From: Marsupella aquatica
Taxonomy: Eukaryota; Plantae; Marchantiophyta
Direction of reading: 5' to 3'
DNA length: 64,000 bases
NCBI GenBank assembly: GCA_973895155.1
Contig: OZ316894.1
Coordinates: 16,298,699-16,362,698 of the forward strand
Shown here: positions 49,978 to 63,660 of the stretch, piece by piece
How the letters are laid out: each line of letters starts with the position of its first letter
Numbering within the stretch: the stretch's first letter is position 1
Position numbers and translations under genes: made by a program
The notes under the pieces: model-generated
Told to the model about the DNA's origin: nothing
Databases searched by the model: none
Seen by the model: the letters and a program-made list of their open reading frames with translations, nothing else

Positions 49978-52900
49978 ATGGCTCTGGCTAATGAGCTTGT
50001 GCACCAGCTCCTTCATGCGCAGCTGCAGCACTGCATTGCTTCATCAGCGGCGGCGAAGGCTAAGAATGTACCACGACGACATTCATTTGAGGACCGCGGG
50101 CCTCTCTGTTCTCTCCGTTGGAGCCCTAATAGTGGTGCTCCTGGCAGAAGAAGTAGTGCATCTCCTGCGAGCAAAGAGGCAGCGATCTTTCCGTCGTCAT
50201 CCCGGACACGCAGAATTACGCCGTGCGTGAAAAGAAGTCCAGGAGCAGGTGGTGGCAGAGGCAGGAACAGTGTTGAAGCGGCTTTAGTGTCGGAACCACA
50301 GAGCAGCTGCAGCAACCCGTCCTTACTCGTCGACGGTCTCGTTGTCACTGGCGGTTATCCACTGGCTGGTCATGTTCAGGTTAGCGGAGCAAAGAATTCG
50401 GCACTGGCTGTGCTGGCGGGAGCGTTGTGCACCGAAGGGGAGGTCAGATTGCAGAGGATTCCCGATTTGGAGGACATACGAAGGATGATTCAGGTTTTGC
50501 AGTCCGTGGGTGTGCGCGTCGGGCGGTGCTGCTCTTCTTCTGGCAATGGTAGCATAGTGGTCGATGCGAGTCATATTGCGTCCGTTGAGCCCTGTCCGGA
50601 GGCAGTGAGGAAGCTGAGGGCTGGCTTCTTCGTGATCGGGCCTCTCATTGGCAGAACGGGTGAAGCTGTGGTTCCTTTACCAGGTGGATGTAACATAGGT
50701 GCCCGGCCGATAGATCTCCATGTTCGTGGACTTGAAGCTCTTGGCGCCCAAGTGGAGATAAGGTAAGGCAAATTCTAGGATTTTCTTGTTACGTTGAATG
50801 TTCTGTCTGTCTTTGGTCATTGGCTTCATAACGCCCTCGCTTATGAAAGAAACCAGCCAGCCTGTGTAATGCACTGTGGTCATTGGCTTATAACGCCGTC
50901 GCTTATGGGGAAAAACCAACCAGCCTGGGTAATGCAGGTGTGATTGACTGTCCCAGTGACATGAGTGTATGGTAATGAATTGCACGGCATTCAATGCAAT
51001 CCGATTTCGTAATCCGTTTTCTTAAAATGTTTGCTTGAGCATTGAATCTGCGTGGCATGGGTAGTAGTATGGACAGTCACGGACGGACCTGGCCAGCTGT
51101 CCTGTGCAATTCTTACCTTAGGCCAGTACGAAAGTCATACTTGTGTATGTCTCTCTTTTCTCGAATCAATAATATCACTGTACGAGTGTATCCAGTACAG
51201 TCCATCGTTCTGGTGCTATATTGTGGCCTTCTTCACGTAGATAGCGTACACTCTGCGTTCTTGTGTTCTCCGGATTAGGTAGGCAGGCAATGTCGTCGTT
51301 TAGATCCGTAAATCAGTTTCTGTTGAAGTCGTGTGCTAGACAGTCACACACGTACAGACTTGTTTGTCCGTTCGTATGATAGTCCGGTCGAGTCCGCTAC
51401 GAAATTTATTTTGAAGGAAGGCTACCGGCTTTTTCTTATTTGCAGGCAAGGAAAGGTCTATGCACGTGCGTCGAGTGGTAAAAGATTAGTTGGGGGAGAG
51501 TTCCATTTTAATTATCCGAGTGTCGGGGCCACAGAGACTCTCATGATGGCTGCCACTTTGGCTGACGGAAGAACTGTGTTGTCCAATGTGGCTCAGGTGT
51601 GACCACATTGCTTACATTACTTTCCTTGCTCGATCTCTGCCCTCCTCTGTTCGGGTTTTCTGACTGAATTGCCGTGCAGTACAACTTCAACAGGTTCATT
51701 CAGTTTCCTCTCTTGAATGGATTCTTCCTGCATTTCATTTTCTTTCGCAATTTTCTCCTCTTCGAACCGCTCTCCTTCCATTCAGCTAGGCATGGTGGCT
51801 CGTCCTAGCTCCCTCCGTCAGCGCAATACAATGCTTCTTCTGTGTATGACAATTCTTGGGTATCGAAGAACAGTACAGTAGTAGCTTAATAAGCTACGAG
51901 CGAATCCTGCAATCGCCGCAACCAAAGTGCTTGATATCCAGTCCACGTTTCCTCGTCTACGGAAAATGTCATGTACAGAATTGAAGCTGTCGTGTCATCA
52001 GTGGGGTCCTTGATACAGCCTCTGTGAGGAGTTTCCCTTCCAGCGTCCTTTTGGCACTGGTCGGTGTCTCTCTGTTGATTAGTTGCTATATCGTCTCTGA
52101 CACACTTCGTTGTTCCCAGGAACCAGAGGTGGTCGACCTTGCTGAGTTCTTGATCTCATGCGGCGCTTGTATCCATGGAGCTGGAACCGGGACTATTGTG
52201 ATCACTGGTGTGAAAAAATTGCACAGCACGGACTACACAATTATACCGGACCGTATAGAGGCCGGGACGTTCCTAATTGCCGCTGCGATTACTCGGTCTG
52301 CGATCTCTATGTCCCCCGTTGTCCCACACCACCTGACGGCGGTAGTCGACAAGCTGCAACACATGGGCTGTCAAATTCGGCAGACAAGCCTCGACAGTTT
52401 GGTTGTGAGATACTCATCCTCAACCCGTTGTCCACCACAAATATTCAAAAATTGTGCACGAAAGTTCTTGATGCATTTCACCTTCTATTTGGCGCGGTAC
52501 AATTGGCATACTTTGAGGCGTCAAAGATATCAGTCATGAGTGGGGCAATATAGAGTCCGGAATCTATACTGATGAGGACAATGTCGATGTCTTGAAAACA
52601 ATTGCAGATTAGTTCTGCCCAAATTTCTCGAAGCTCAAGTATTACGACTCTTCCTTACCCTGGATTCCCCACTGATCTCCAACCCCAGTTCATGACACTG
52701 TTAACTACATGTAGCGGACAGGCCATAGTTGAAGAGACTGTCTTCGAAAGTCGGATGCGACACGGTAAAAGCTCTACACGTCATTACCTCCACAATGTGT
52801 TGTAATCATGGGACAAGTTTATCAAAATGACACAGCCGGCTTGTACTTTTCCTCAGAGTTCTGAATGTCGTCTCGAATATGAATATTTCACTTTGGTTTG

Positions 52901-53413
52901 AGCCTCCAATGCTGTAATTTGCAGTGAAAGAGCTTCAAAGGCTTGGAGCAACAGTCAGGGTGAGCAAGAACGTCGCTGTTGTTCGCGGAAAAGATGAGGG
53001 CAGGTAAACTTCAGGGAAGCATTTCCTCCAAGTTAGGACTGTCCCTCGAATGCGAAGTTAAACAGATCTCGTGTATGGTCTAGGAATAGCAATGCTTTCG
53101 CGTGTATTGTCAGATAATACGAAAGTCAACTTCGAAGATATGAAAAAAGTGACAATATGAACGCGTTTCCCCCCTGACCCTGAAAGGGCTAACGTCGTTT
53201 TCTTGTCCTTTTCCCCGCAGTCCCTTAGTTGGAGTACCAGTTACTGCCACGGATCTGAGAGCTGGAGCAGCTCTGGTGCTTGCAGGCATGGCTGCCGAGG
53301 GTACTACTCTTGTTGAAGGTGTAAGTCACATTGATAGAGGCTACGAATTATTTGATAAAAAGCTTCGTGGGCTTGGAGCCAATGTGCTACGCCTTCCCAT
53401 ACCTTCCTGCTGA
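49978..53413 (+). CDS. murA: UDP-N-acetylglucosamine 1-carboxyvinyltransferase (MurA), nuclear-encoded with predicted plastid transit peptide, 6 exons
   Basis: Exons approx. 49978-50762, 51446-51596, 52120-52401, 52608-52764, 52924-53003, 53221-53413. Motifs [34 protein letters not shown] (catalytic Cys), [68 protein letters not shown]. Ser/Arg-rich ~120-aa N-extension. Confidence 0.95.
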
Positions 53414-56400
53414 GTTCATCGATCGCTCGCATTTACTGTAGAGTTCCCTGTTAGTGTCATTGATGCCGACATAGTTAGCAGCATTGCTTTCTGTAAGATA
53501 GTAGTTCTCTTTTGCATCACACATTGTTATTGGAGAGGATATGGACTGTATGGACGGCAGGCCTCAATCCAATCCAGGCATTCTTCATCCTTTGCACGAT
53601 GAGCGAAACCAATTGCATTGGATATCAAGTAAGTGATGACTTCAGATAGTCTTCGAGAGTAGTAACCTTTAATTCATTGGGAATAGGTGGAACAAAGTAG
53701 TCACTGCCCTGACTTTTGATTTTGCCAGTGTTTGTCCTCGAGTGCAAATCTCTTCTTTGCTGTCAGGGTCGGTGACACCCGGCCTACCCAGAAAATTAGA
53801 TGCTTGAAATGGATAGACATTCATAGCTCAACTGCTGCAATGAGAAAATTGCGGCCCGACTTTGTACCAAACTGAGAACTTAAATTTTTGTATGCTGTAT
53901 GCCTCAACAGCTGCATCAAGGATTTATTTTCTGTTGTGATTGTCTCACGGAACGGTGTTCTGTTCGTCCAGGAAGTCTCATATATCTGCGACAGGAAAGG
54001 TGCATGATGTTGTCTCTGATGCCATCCTTCGCCTGTCGACCAAGATCCTCTATGGCAATATGTTGACAGTGCTCTCTTCCATAAGCTCCCACTGTGATAT
54101 GGTTGTTTTCCACAGTCTAGTTATCTCTCTGAGTAGCTTGTCATACTTGGATACCACTAAGATCTCGGGTTGTTTTGCTAACAGCGTGAGTGCCTTCTGG
54201 TACAAGAGTTGATTTCCATCGAACACTCGGGAGACTTCTGGTTATGCTGGAAACTAGGAGTTACTCGAACTCCTTGAAATCCACCTCTATGCACGCTTTT
54301 CTCTTTACACAAATCCTCCAAGTAATAGAAACATAAGAGAAACAAGTACTGGTGGATGGCGGGGACTTGAATTGAACCCCAAATCTTAGCAGCCGTGCAA
54401 GCGAGAAGGAAAACTCATACTCATCCTGACCGACCATGCACAGATAGCTCTACTCTAACACCCCACTTGAAATCCCTGCACCCCAAAGTAAACGTGTCTA
54501 CTCCCAACTTCCAAACTCGTGCGAGGCAGCAGCTTGTGCACAAGTGTCCTTCCTATATATCCTTTGAGTCCTTCCAGAAACCCTAGGATTAGAGCCTCGC
54601 ACTTCAGTCAAATGTCCTCCAGAACTGCTCCAAGCAACAAGTCTTTCATAAAAAGCTGAAGTACTGAGCGTCCTCTGATCTTCCACGGAGCCAAAGCGTG
54701 ATGCTAGATGTGAACTTAACAAGCTTGAATCAATTGCCCAGTTCTCTTAAAAGCATGATATTGAGACAAGTTTGGAGGACACCAGAGCAAGAGAACTGAT
54801 TGGAAAGAACACTTATAACCTTTGCAGCAATTAACACAACAATGGGCGTGAATGTCCTTTGGGTAGACAAAAGCTCTTCCAGCATTTGTATCGGTTTTGC
54901 AGCTAGAAAACTGACTTTGTTGAGCCAAATTGACAGTTACAAGCAAAAAGACCAACCCAAAGGGCATGAGTATCTCCGTGATTTCGTTTCCAGGTGTTGG
55001 AATTCAGGTAGTGAGGTGACAGGATTCATTATTAGATACTCAGTGACCCCTAGGCTATTGAGATGCTAATCAGATGGTCACTGCCAAATATGGTGGGTGT
55101 GGCATGCTGGTTGTGTTCTTTGCTAGTCTTAAATTGCCACTCCACCAGGTTTTGGGAGGACAAGATAGTACACATTTTTATTTTCTTAATTAGATTAGTG
55201 ACCAGTTTTCCATGTATTCACCAGGTTTTGATTTGGAGACAGCGGCAGCAAAAACTTGCCTTTCCCAATCCAGTTGTTGCACCTGCCATTGCACCAGAAA
55301 GTTTTCCTGCCAAAGTCACATTTTGTAAACAGACCATGAGAAAGGTAGAAAGAGAACGATAAAATGGGATTGTGTATTAGAGTGTTTAGATTCAATTAAA
55401 CCTCAACTTGTCGTATACAAGTCATGGGTTACCTTTAGTTCTGATTACAAGTTCAGTTTCACTAAGGATTGTGCCGACTGCTCCACCTTTTATGGGGAGC
55501 ACACTGTTCACCACAAGACAAGAATGAGTAGCAATGAGGCAGGGAAGGGGCTTTTGTAGGGGCAGGTGTGGTTTAAAGAACATGACTCACTATCTTGGGC
55601 CCCATTATCCAGTCGAGAGGTATCTACAATGATAATAAGTGATCCTGCCTTTTTTTGTTATTTGTCTCAATACAAAAAAGCTCCTGAAAGCTCTTGAAGA
55701 GGAAAGATACACAACAGTTGGACTCCATTAGTTCTTTCCTTGACCATTGATCGAGAAAATGTGCACCCTGGGCACATATGTGCTTTCTTCTGCCTGCCCC
55801 ATTAATGACCCAGCCCGAGGTAGTCCTTGCACTGTGCAATGCACAGGCATAAGGCTCATATAATTAATATAATATGTATAGACGACTATGGCCAAGATGA
55901 GGAGAAGCCAGCCATGGCAGCGCTAGCGTCCACCCCTTCTTCCCATTTCTTTTGGGTATCCCACTGTCTTTCCATGGGCAGCAAATGCAGACCCGCTTTC
56001 TTTCTATAGATTAGCAAACACCCACCCGCTTTCTTTCCACAGCGTGCACACAACATGCCTCAACACACCGGTCCCCAACACTATTACACTAGTTTGGACC
56101 ATGCATTGACATTGCATGGACCAGAGTCATAGTTTTCTCTAGAGTAGTGTGATACCCCACATGGTCCCATCTATCTAATAAAGCGCAATGCAAAGCTACT
56201 TTCTAGGGCTAGGGTCAGGTCTAGAGTGAAACCTATAGATTGTAACTCTCAATAAGGACACAACTGACCGTGACTCTAGATGAGGACAAAACTGAAAGTG
56301 ATGGTGGAAAAAAAACAGGGATGGGGCAAAATTTTGGGCAGATTTGTGTTTTGTCTTCATCTCTATTCAGTAGCAGGGCTAGGAGATCTATACTTGCAAG

Positions 56401-56723
56401 CCATATCTCTCGCTCCATTTGGTATAGTTCATGAAAAAAAACCTTTTAAGATAGGAGCCTGAAGTGGAAGGTTCAGTGCATACAAGCTCAGTTTTGCTAA
56501 ATGCCTGAGGGCCCACTTCTTTCGCACTGGCAATAGATTTAATGCAGTTTGTGGCAAAATTGTGGAGATCAAATACCATGTATTTCTATCATTTTATTTC
56601 TGTCTCTCGTTGTACCTTGTTGACTCTCTGTCAGTAAGTTTGTTCGTTCCTTCTGAGGGAATTTGTTCGCTTCTGAGGGAATTCGGCTCGGATGATCTTT
56701 GCCAACAAAAGCATGAGGAAGCG

Positions 56724-57714
56724 ATGAAGGGTGTGAGTCTGAGCAGAAAGGTTGTAGCGGAGATTCATAAAGCAAGCGGTCATCTACCGCTGCGATCGCA
56801 GCTCTTGTCAACATTTTCAAGGAAAGAGAAGGGCAGAAGCGACGATGGCACAGGCAGCGGAGTAAGACTAGGGAAGGTTTTCAGTCAGGAGGGCTGCTTT
56901 AATTTTGATGACGTCCAGTCCTACACTCAACTCACCGGAGACTCCAACCCAATTCATGTCAGTGCTTCTGCAGCTCAAGAAGCAGGCTTCGACGCTTGCC
57001 TGGTACCCGGCATGCTGTGTGGCAGCCTCTTCCCAGCCATCATAGGCTCTCGCTTTGTAAGTCTTGCAATTTGTTTTTCTTTGCCATGAAGGGAAAGGAT
57101 GAGTCCGTGATAATATCATGTACAAGTCGCTCGAGTCTTTTGACGATTTTCTCTCTGTGCGTGTGGAGCAGGTAGGGGCAGTGTATGTCTCGCAGGACTT
57201 GAAATTCAAAGCGCCTCTAATGGTGGGTCAGTCTTTTATAGCTGAAGTGGAGGTGTGTACAATTGTGAAACTCAGGCAGCAAGCTAAGTAAGTTTGCATT
57301 TTTCCAACAGTCGAACGGGTTCTTAGCGGGCAGACAAGCATCGTAGCAGAATTTTTTAAGACGCCTCTAATCAGTTGCCTCTCGTATAGCTGCGCAAGTG
57401 CGACCTTATCCTCAGTATAGATTCCTCAAGTTGTTTTCAAGCACGCTGTACAATGAACCTGCCGGAAAATCCTTTGGTGGATGCCAGTTTGACACCCGCG
57501 GTGTTGAAATGAAGTGACTGAGATACTACTACTGTTGGCAGTAGTGGTGAACGTAGCATAAAACCTTTTGACTGATCTGCGTTTCAATGGTGTGGGTTGC
57601 AGAGTTACATTCTTTACACGTTGTGTGAGAGAAAGAGAAGAAAGAAAATCTATCTTTCTGGATGGTCAGGCTGTTGCTTTGGTGCCGATGTCTTTCATTG
57701 CCGACTCACGGTGA
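56724..57714 (+). CDS. MaoC/hot-dog fold dehydratase ((R)-enoyl-CoA hydratase / 3-hydroxyacyl-ACP dehydratase-like), probable organellar presequence, 3 exons
   Basis: Exons 56724-57056, 57172-57287, 57603-57714. Motif DVQSYTQLTGDSNPIH...GF...LVPGMLCGSLFPAIIG...GAVYVSQDLKFKAP...DGQAVALVP; basic N-terminus. Confidence 0.85.
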
Positions 57715-58337
57715 TTTAGTCCTGAATGTTTCTACGCACATTGGAAAGACATCCGACAACGGACATTGCAGGGTAGGTGAATTTAAGGTCTTTAAAGTAA
57801 ACACACTGTAATGTAGAGGGCTGGGTTCACTTTCCAAAAGTACCTTCAATCTCGTCTTATCTAATGTTGCTACAAGTTTTGCATCTCCAATGAGCTTTTA
57901 CAGAATGCCGATATGGTAATGCGCTCGAAGTGCTTGGATCCGGCAGCTTCTCGCGTCACGAGGTACGACCAGATAAAGGATTCTTAGCTCTTTATTCTTG
58001 GTCAGACAAAGTTACTGTTTCCTCAATATCTCGGGCTTCATTTCAACAGTTTTACTCAGTTCGGGAGCAACTTTTGGGATTGCAAGGTGCGTTCGATCTT
58101 TTCAGTGATAAACAACCTATTGATAAACAACCTCATGACGATGCATATCAAGTACATTAAACTACATCTTCTAGTAGTACTTTAAAGCCGTCATGAGACA
58201 TTCCCATTAAATGGATGTCCATCTTTCGGACAAAGGAAGGACAATGGAAAGCTTTAGGAAGGAAGAAAAGACGTTACGGGTTCGTCGATCCAGTGAGGAT
58301 GTGCTTCCTTGATGAGGTACTTGGAAGGGGCAACTTT

Positions 58338-58631
58338 TATTAGAAAAGGTTTAATTGGTAGGCCACCGTCCTTAGTTGTAGGCCATCGTCCTAAGTGGTA
58401 GGTCACCGTCCTTAGTTGTGGGCCACCGTCCTAAATTAGTGACTTAAATTAGACCATGAGTTGAACTATGTTATAGGCACATGTGAGGGAATGTGTAGCA
58501 TGAGAGAATACACGATATTCTGGTTTGACTTGACTTGGCATCCAAGGGATGTCCTCCATGTATAAAATCCTTCACTACTCAATGACATACACACCGCATT
58601 TCCACATTCTTGGGCTCATGGATTTTTAACA
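58338..58631 (+). repeat. 5' LTR (TA...CA) with ~20-bp internal tandem units
   Basis: Near-identical to 62332-62650; units (g)gtaggccaccgtcctaagt. Confidence 0.9.
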
Positions 58632-59078
58632 TGGTATCAGAGCCTTGTTACGTTACTTCTGAATTGTGGGACTTCATATTTCTTATGAGGAGAGGAGAGT
58701 TGGTGGGACTTCATATTTCTTATGAGGAGAGGAGAGTTGGTCTAGAGAGAGGATTCCCCCTCTAGAACTACTTGAATCAAATTTGAAGAAATAAGAATTG
58801 GACTCAGTTCCCTACCAATTGATGAGAAAAGTTTTTCAAGCAGGTACATCGGGCAGCAAGACAGATTTTTTTGGGGGGAGCAGTTGAGGCCAAATCTAAG
58901 CACGATTACATGACATTTCAGAAGGAGCAGAGTTTGTCGAATTCACGTTTTGGGAGAGAGGACGCTTGATCTCAAATTTTGTTTTTGGCATTGTGAAGAA
59001 TGTGACGACGCAGATGCAACGGAAAGCATTCCGAGTAGGTCATCTGTGGTGAGCAACAATAGAAGTGTTCTATTGTGA

Positions 59079-62000
59079 ATGCAGTGCTTCTTGCAGTGGT
59101 CAAGAAGATTTTTTGCGGTGGCAAGAAGATTATTGGATAGTGATCCAGTCAAAGGCGATTCAGTGAGGATGGTGGAAAAGGTGCTTCATGTACCTTGTCT
59201 CACAAAGAACTTATTTTCAGTGAACCAACTTGATGAAGAAGGAGGAGAGGCTATCATCAAGAAAGGTTCATGTACTTTGAAGAGTCCAAGTGGCTCTATC
59301 ATTAGTACTTGCTTTACTGTTAACAAGTTATATAAACTTGGTGTAACTGTAAGCCTCCATAGTGCAAATATTGCTATCACAACAAGTGGGGCGATGTGGC
59401 ATAAAAGGCTTGGCCACATCAATGAAGCTAGAATGCAACAACTGCAAGACCACAACATGGTGGAAGACATTGGTAAATTTGATGGAGTTTCTTTGTCTAA
59501 TTGCGGAGCCTGTGCAAAGGCAAAGTCTACAAAGTTGAAATATCCGAAGGGTGGAAGATCAAAGGCAACTGAACTTCTTGCCTTAGTTCATTCAGATATT
59601 TGTGGCCCAATTCGCACTGCCACTCATTCAGGCTATGTCTACTTCATCACATTCATTGATGATTTCTCGAGATATTGTACCATATATCTCTTGAGGCACA
59701 AGTCAGAAGCCTTTGAGAAATTCAAAGAGTTTAAAGCTCTTGTAGAAACACAAACCGGCAAAAAGGTTAAGGTGTTGCGGTCTGACAATGGAGGAGAGTA
59801 CAAGTCGACAACCTTTGACCTATTTTGCAAGGAACATGGGATTGCAAGGCAATTTATAGTTGCAGAGACTCCTCAACAAAATGGAGTAGCTGAGAGAAAG
59901 AATAGAACACTAGTGGAGGCAGTTCTATCCTTGTTGAATCATTCAGGTCTATCTCAATCCTATTGGGGGGAAGCTATTCATACAGCTAACTACCTTCAAA
60001 ATCGAACACCCACAAAAGCACTACATGCCGACAAGACACCATATGAGCTTTGGTATGGGAGAAAACCAAACTTGTCACATCTTAGGGTTTTTGGATGTAG
60101 AGCACATCTTAACATCAACAAAAACCATCGAGGGAAGCTTGACAATCATGCCAAAGATTGTATTTTTTTGGGATATCCAGAAGACTCCACATCAAGAGAT
60201 GTCTATAGAGTTCAACAAACAACCGATCGCAAGGTGATTGTGGCAAGAGATGTTCGATTTAAAGAAGACCAGCCCGGTGGAAAAGGCCCAGTTACTTCAG
60301 AGTTGGATGATCCGGTGCTATTTGAACTTCCAATAGCACTAGCACCAACACCAACTCCAGTGGGAGCACCAGTGCTAGCACCGGCACCAGGTCCAGTGGG
60401 AGCACCAGCACTAGCACCAGTGGGAGCACCGGCTTTAGCTCAAGTGGGAGCTAATGCACCTGATGTTAGAGAAGAGGCTACTGAAATATCAGGCACATCT
60501 ACTTCAAGAGGACCACAACCAAGTAGTTCACTACCACGATCCAGGTCCACAGAATCATTTGCAACACATTTTGATGAATTTGAAGGTTCAATAGAAGGTG
60601 ATGCCTCTACTCACGTTGAATTCTCAGAACCTGAATTTGGAAGGGGAAAGAGGAAGAAGATACCAACGAGGAGATATGGTTTTGACTCCGATTCAGCCAT
60701 TGTGGCCCTAGTGACTGAATCTGGACCAAGAATGGCGGAACCTATTTCTTTGAAGGAGGCACTTACAAGACCAGATGCAGAGCAATGGAGGAAAGCCATT
60801 AATGATGAGTTAGACTCATTGAAGAAAAACAACACATGGACCATAGTCAAGCTTCCTCAAAATTGAAAGGCGGTGGGCTGCAAGTGGGTTTTCAAGTTGA
60901 AGTACAACCCGGATGGAAGCATTGCAAGATACAAAGCTAGACTTGTAGCCAAAGGCTATTCTCAAGTCTATGGGGTTGATTACTTGGATACTTTTTCACC
61001 AGTAGTGAAAATCACATCTATAAGGCTCATTCTATCCTTGGTGGCCTTTTATGACCTTGAGGCCATCCTTTTAGATGTGAAGACAGCATTCCTGAATGGT
61101 ATACTCACGGAACCAATCTACATGGAGTTGCCTGAAGGATTAGAGTGGTTGGAGAAAATTCTTGACCCTGAAATGGTATGTCTCCTATTGAGGGCATTAT
61201 ATGGCCTCAAGCAATCCTCTAGGTTATGGTATAAGAGGATTGACACTTTCTTGTTAAGCATTGGCTTTAGAAAGTGCATAGCTGACTCAAATGTGTACTA
61301 TTATGAGTCAGGAGGAAACTTTGTGATATTAGCTCTATATGTTGATGATTGCATACTTGCAAGCAATGACACCAACATATTAGCTGAAGTCAAAACGACA
61401 CTCATGAAGGAATTCGAGATGAGTGACTTAGGCAATATACATAATTGCCTTGGTATGGAAATCTCTCGCAACAGAGAAGAGGGTTGGCTCAAGATGTCTC
61501 AAGAGAGATACATCTTGGACAAATTAAGCACTTTCAACATGGAGAATTGCAAGGCAGTGCATACTCCAGTTGAGTTGGGCTTAAAGCTAAGCAAGGAGGA
61601 TAGCCCACAAACTGAAGATGAAAAGTTACAGATGGAGAGTGTACCATACCAAAATGCAGTTGGAAGCCTCATGTGGGCTATGATCTGCACAAGGCCCGAC
61701 TTATCCTATGCAGTTGGATCAGTGGCACAATTCATGTCCAATCCAGGTCCAAAGCATTGGATGGCTGTGAAGCGAATTTTTCGGTACTTGAAGGGCACAT
61801 CAAGTATGGGTTTGGTGTATAAAAGATCAAAATCTTTTATTCCCTTACATGGATATACTGATGCTGATTGGGGAGGAGATATTGACACAAGAAGATCAAC
61901 CTCTGGCTATTGTTTCATGCTCTCAGGTGCAGTAGTGAGTTGGGCAAGCAGAAAGCAAAAATCTGTAGCCTTGTCTAGCACCGAAGCAGAGTACATGGCC

Positions 62001-62303
62001 TTATCAAAGGCATGCACTGAGATAGTATGGTTGAAAAGACTTCTTGGAGACTTGCATCATCAGCAAGCAAGAGCCGTCATTCATTGTGATAATCAAAGTG
62101 CTCTTAGCTTACTTGAAGCGTCTCGGCTTCATGATAGGAGCAAGCACATCGATATTCAATATCACTTTAGTAGGGAACTAGTTGATAGTGGTGAAATAGA
62201 AGTAATCTATTGTCCCACCGAGGAAATGGCAGCGGACATTCTCACCAAAGGACTTCCAAAAGACAAACACATTTATTTGAGAAAAATGCTAGGGCTTTAT
62301 TAG
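59079..62303 (+). pseudogene. Copia pol (GAG-pre-integrase zinc motif, integrase, RT, RNase H) with one in-frame stop
   Basis: [92 protein letters not shown] at 60864-60866 in LPQN*KAVGCKW. Confidence 0.92.
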
Positions 62304-62331
62304 GGTTCTAATTTAGTCACTAAAGTGGGAG

Positions 62332-62650
62332 TATTAGAAAAGGTTTAATTGGTAGGCTACCGTCCAAAGTGGTAAGCCACCGTCCTTAGTTGTAGGCCAC
62401 CGTCCTAAGTGGTAGGCCATCGTCCTTAGTTGTGGCCCACCATCCTAAATTAGTGACTTAAATTAGACCATGAGGTGAACTATGTTATAGGCACATGTGA
62501 GGGAATGTGTAGCATGAGAGAATACACGATATTTTGGTTTGACTTGACCTGGCATCCAAGGGATGCCCTCCATGTATAAAACCCCTCACTACTCAATGAC
62601 ATACACACCGCATTTCCACATTGATTTCTTGGGCTCATGGATTTCTAACA
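62332..62650 (+). repeat. 3' LTR (TA...CA)
   Basis: Matches the 5' LTR with one extra ~20-bp unit, a small insertion and scattered substitutions. Confidence 0.9.
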
Positions 62651-63113
62651 ACTTTCTCATGAACTTCGCACCGGGGTGCAGCTATAGCCCATGCGACAAT
62701 CAGTGGTCATCATGAACACGGTATATTGGTCCTAAGTGTGAAGATTTTGAAGATCATTTCTGAGCGGTTCCGACACCAGCAAAAGCACAGCTTTATCCTC
62801 TGGTCAATTCAAGTTGTCTCCAAGAGCATAGAAGAAATCCCTGGGATCTGACACGTATCGAATGTAAGTTGTGGCCCATTGAGTTTTCCTCTTCTGATTG
62901 AGCCCAAAGGCACGTTAGTATACTCCTGAGCCAGCCACTTAGTCTCCAAAATTGTACTGCTTTGCGATTGAGATTTCATCATCATTTGTAATTGAGTGCC
63001 AGTGGCTAACAACTCATCATCGAAAGTCAATTGCTAGGCTGAAACAAACTGCTCCAGGTACATTTTGACCTTTATCTGGAAAACAGGGATTTTATTTTTC
63101 TTTGGCAGAAGAC

Positions 63114-63660
63114 TCAAGCTGCTGCATTCTGTGCTTGTGCCTTTGCCTTTCGTCTCAACTGCTTCTCGTGGTCATGATAGCAGCCAACGAGTGATACGGG
63201 GCTTGAGAGTGACATGCACTTTGCCTGATTCTCATTCCCTCCTTGATCAATCAACAAGTTAAAGCCTCCCACCTGCGGATACGCATACCCTGGTTAAGGA
63301 CCGTACGACATAATTAACACTGCAAAAATTCTTGACCCTATGCAATAATTTTTAATTTTCAAGTTTCGAACTCCTAGATAATCTCCTCTCGCATTGAAGA
63401 GTATCATTGTCATTCATTTCAGCTTTAGCAAATCTTCATTTGAAATTTTGATGACAGCTTGCTTTGTTTCGGTTATGGTGAATTCATCTCTCAAACATTC
63501 ACAGCAGCACACAGGTAAGCGAATCTGCATTGGAGGCTGAGGAGGCAATCGATGCTCCATGTCAACCAATGTCAAGCAGTCATTCAACATGCAGTACTTG
63601 AGCTCATGATCCGAAGGAGTGTCAGACGCCAGACTTGGTGATGCATTGACCTTCACAAGC
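63114..63660 (-). pseudogene. 3' fragment of a tubulin polyglutamylase (TTLL9/TTLL1-like)
   Basis: Exon ~63660-63525 LVKVNASPSLASDTPSDHELKYCMLNDCLTLVDMEHRL and exon 63272-63114 VGGFNLL...VGCYHDHEKQLRR match the recalled TTLL C-terminus (LIEVNASPSL...D..LK...L.D....VDME.RL...VGGFDL...LGC.NDR.KQL). The intron donor reads AT instead of GT. Confidence 0.7.

Larger units (their letters stand above)
58338..62650 (+). mobile_element. Ty1/Copia LTR retrotransposon, internally deleted (no gag/protease core)
   Basis: LTRs 58338-58631 and 62332-62650; 5-bp TSD ACTTT (58333-58337, 62651-62655); PBS TGGTATCAGAGCC 58632-58644 (tRNA-iMet); PPT-like AAAGTGGGAG 62322-62331; INT-RT-RH order. Confidence 0.95.

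Noticed and set aside
49909-53413. Bacterial contamination or recent HGT of murA
   Set aside because: Spliceosomal introns, transit peptide and plant gene/TE neighbours indicate a native nuclear gene.
60864-60866. Programmed stop-codon readthrough in Copia pol
   Set aside because: The stop lies at the start of RT where Arg is usual; a C>T mutation is the simpler explanation.
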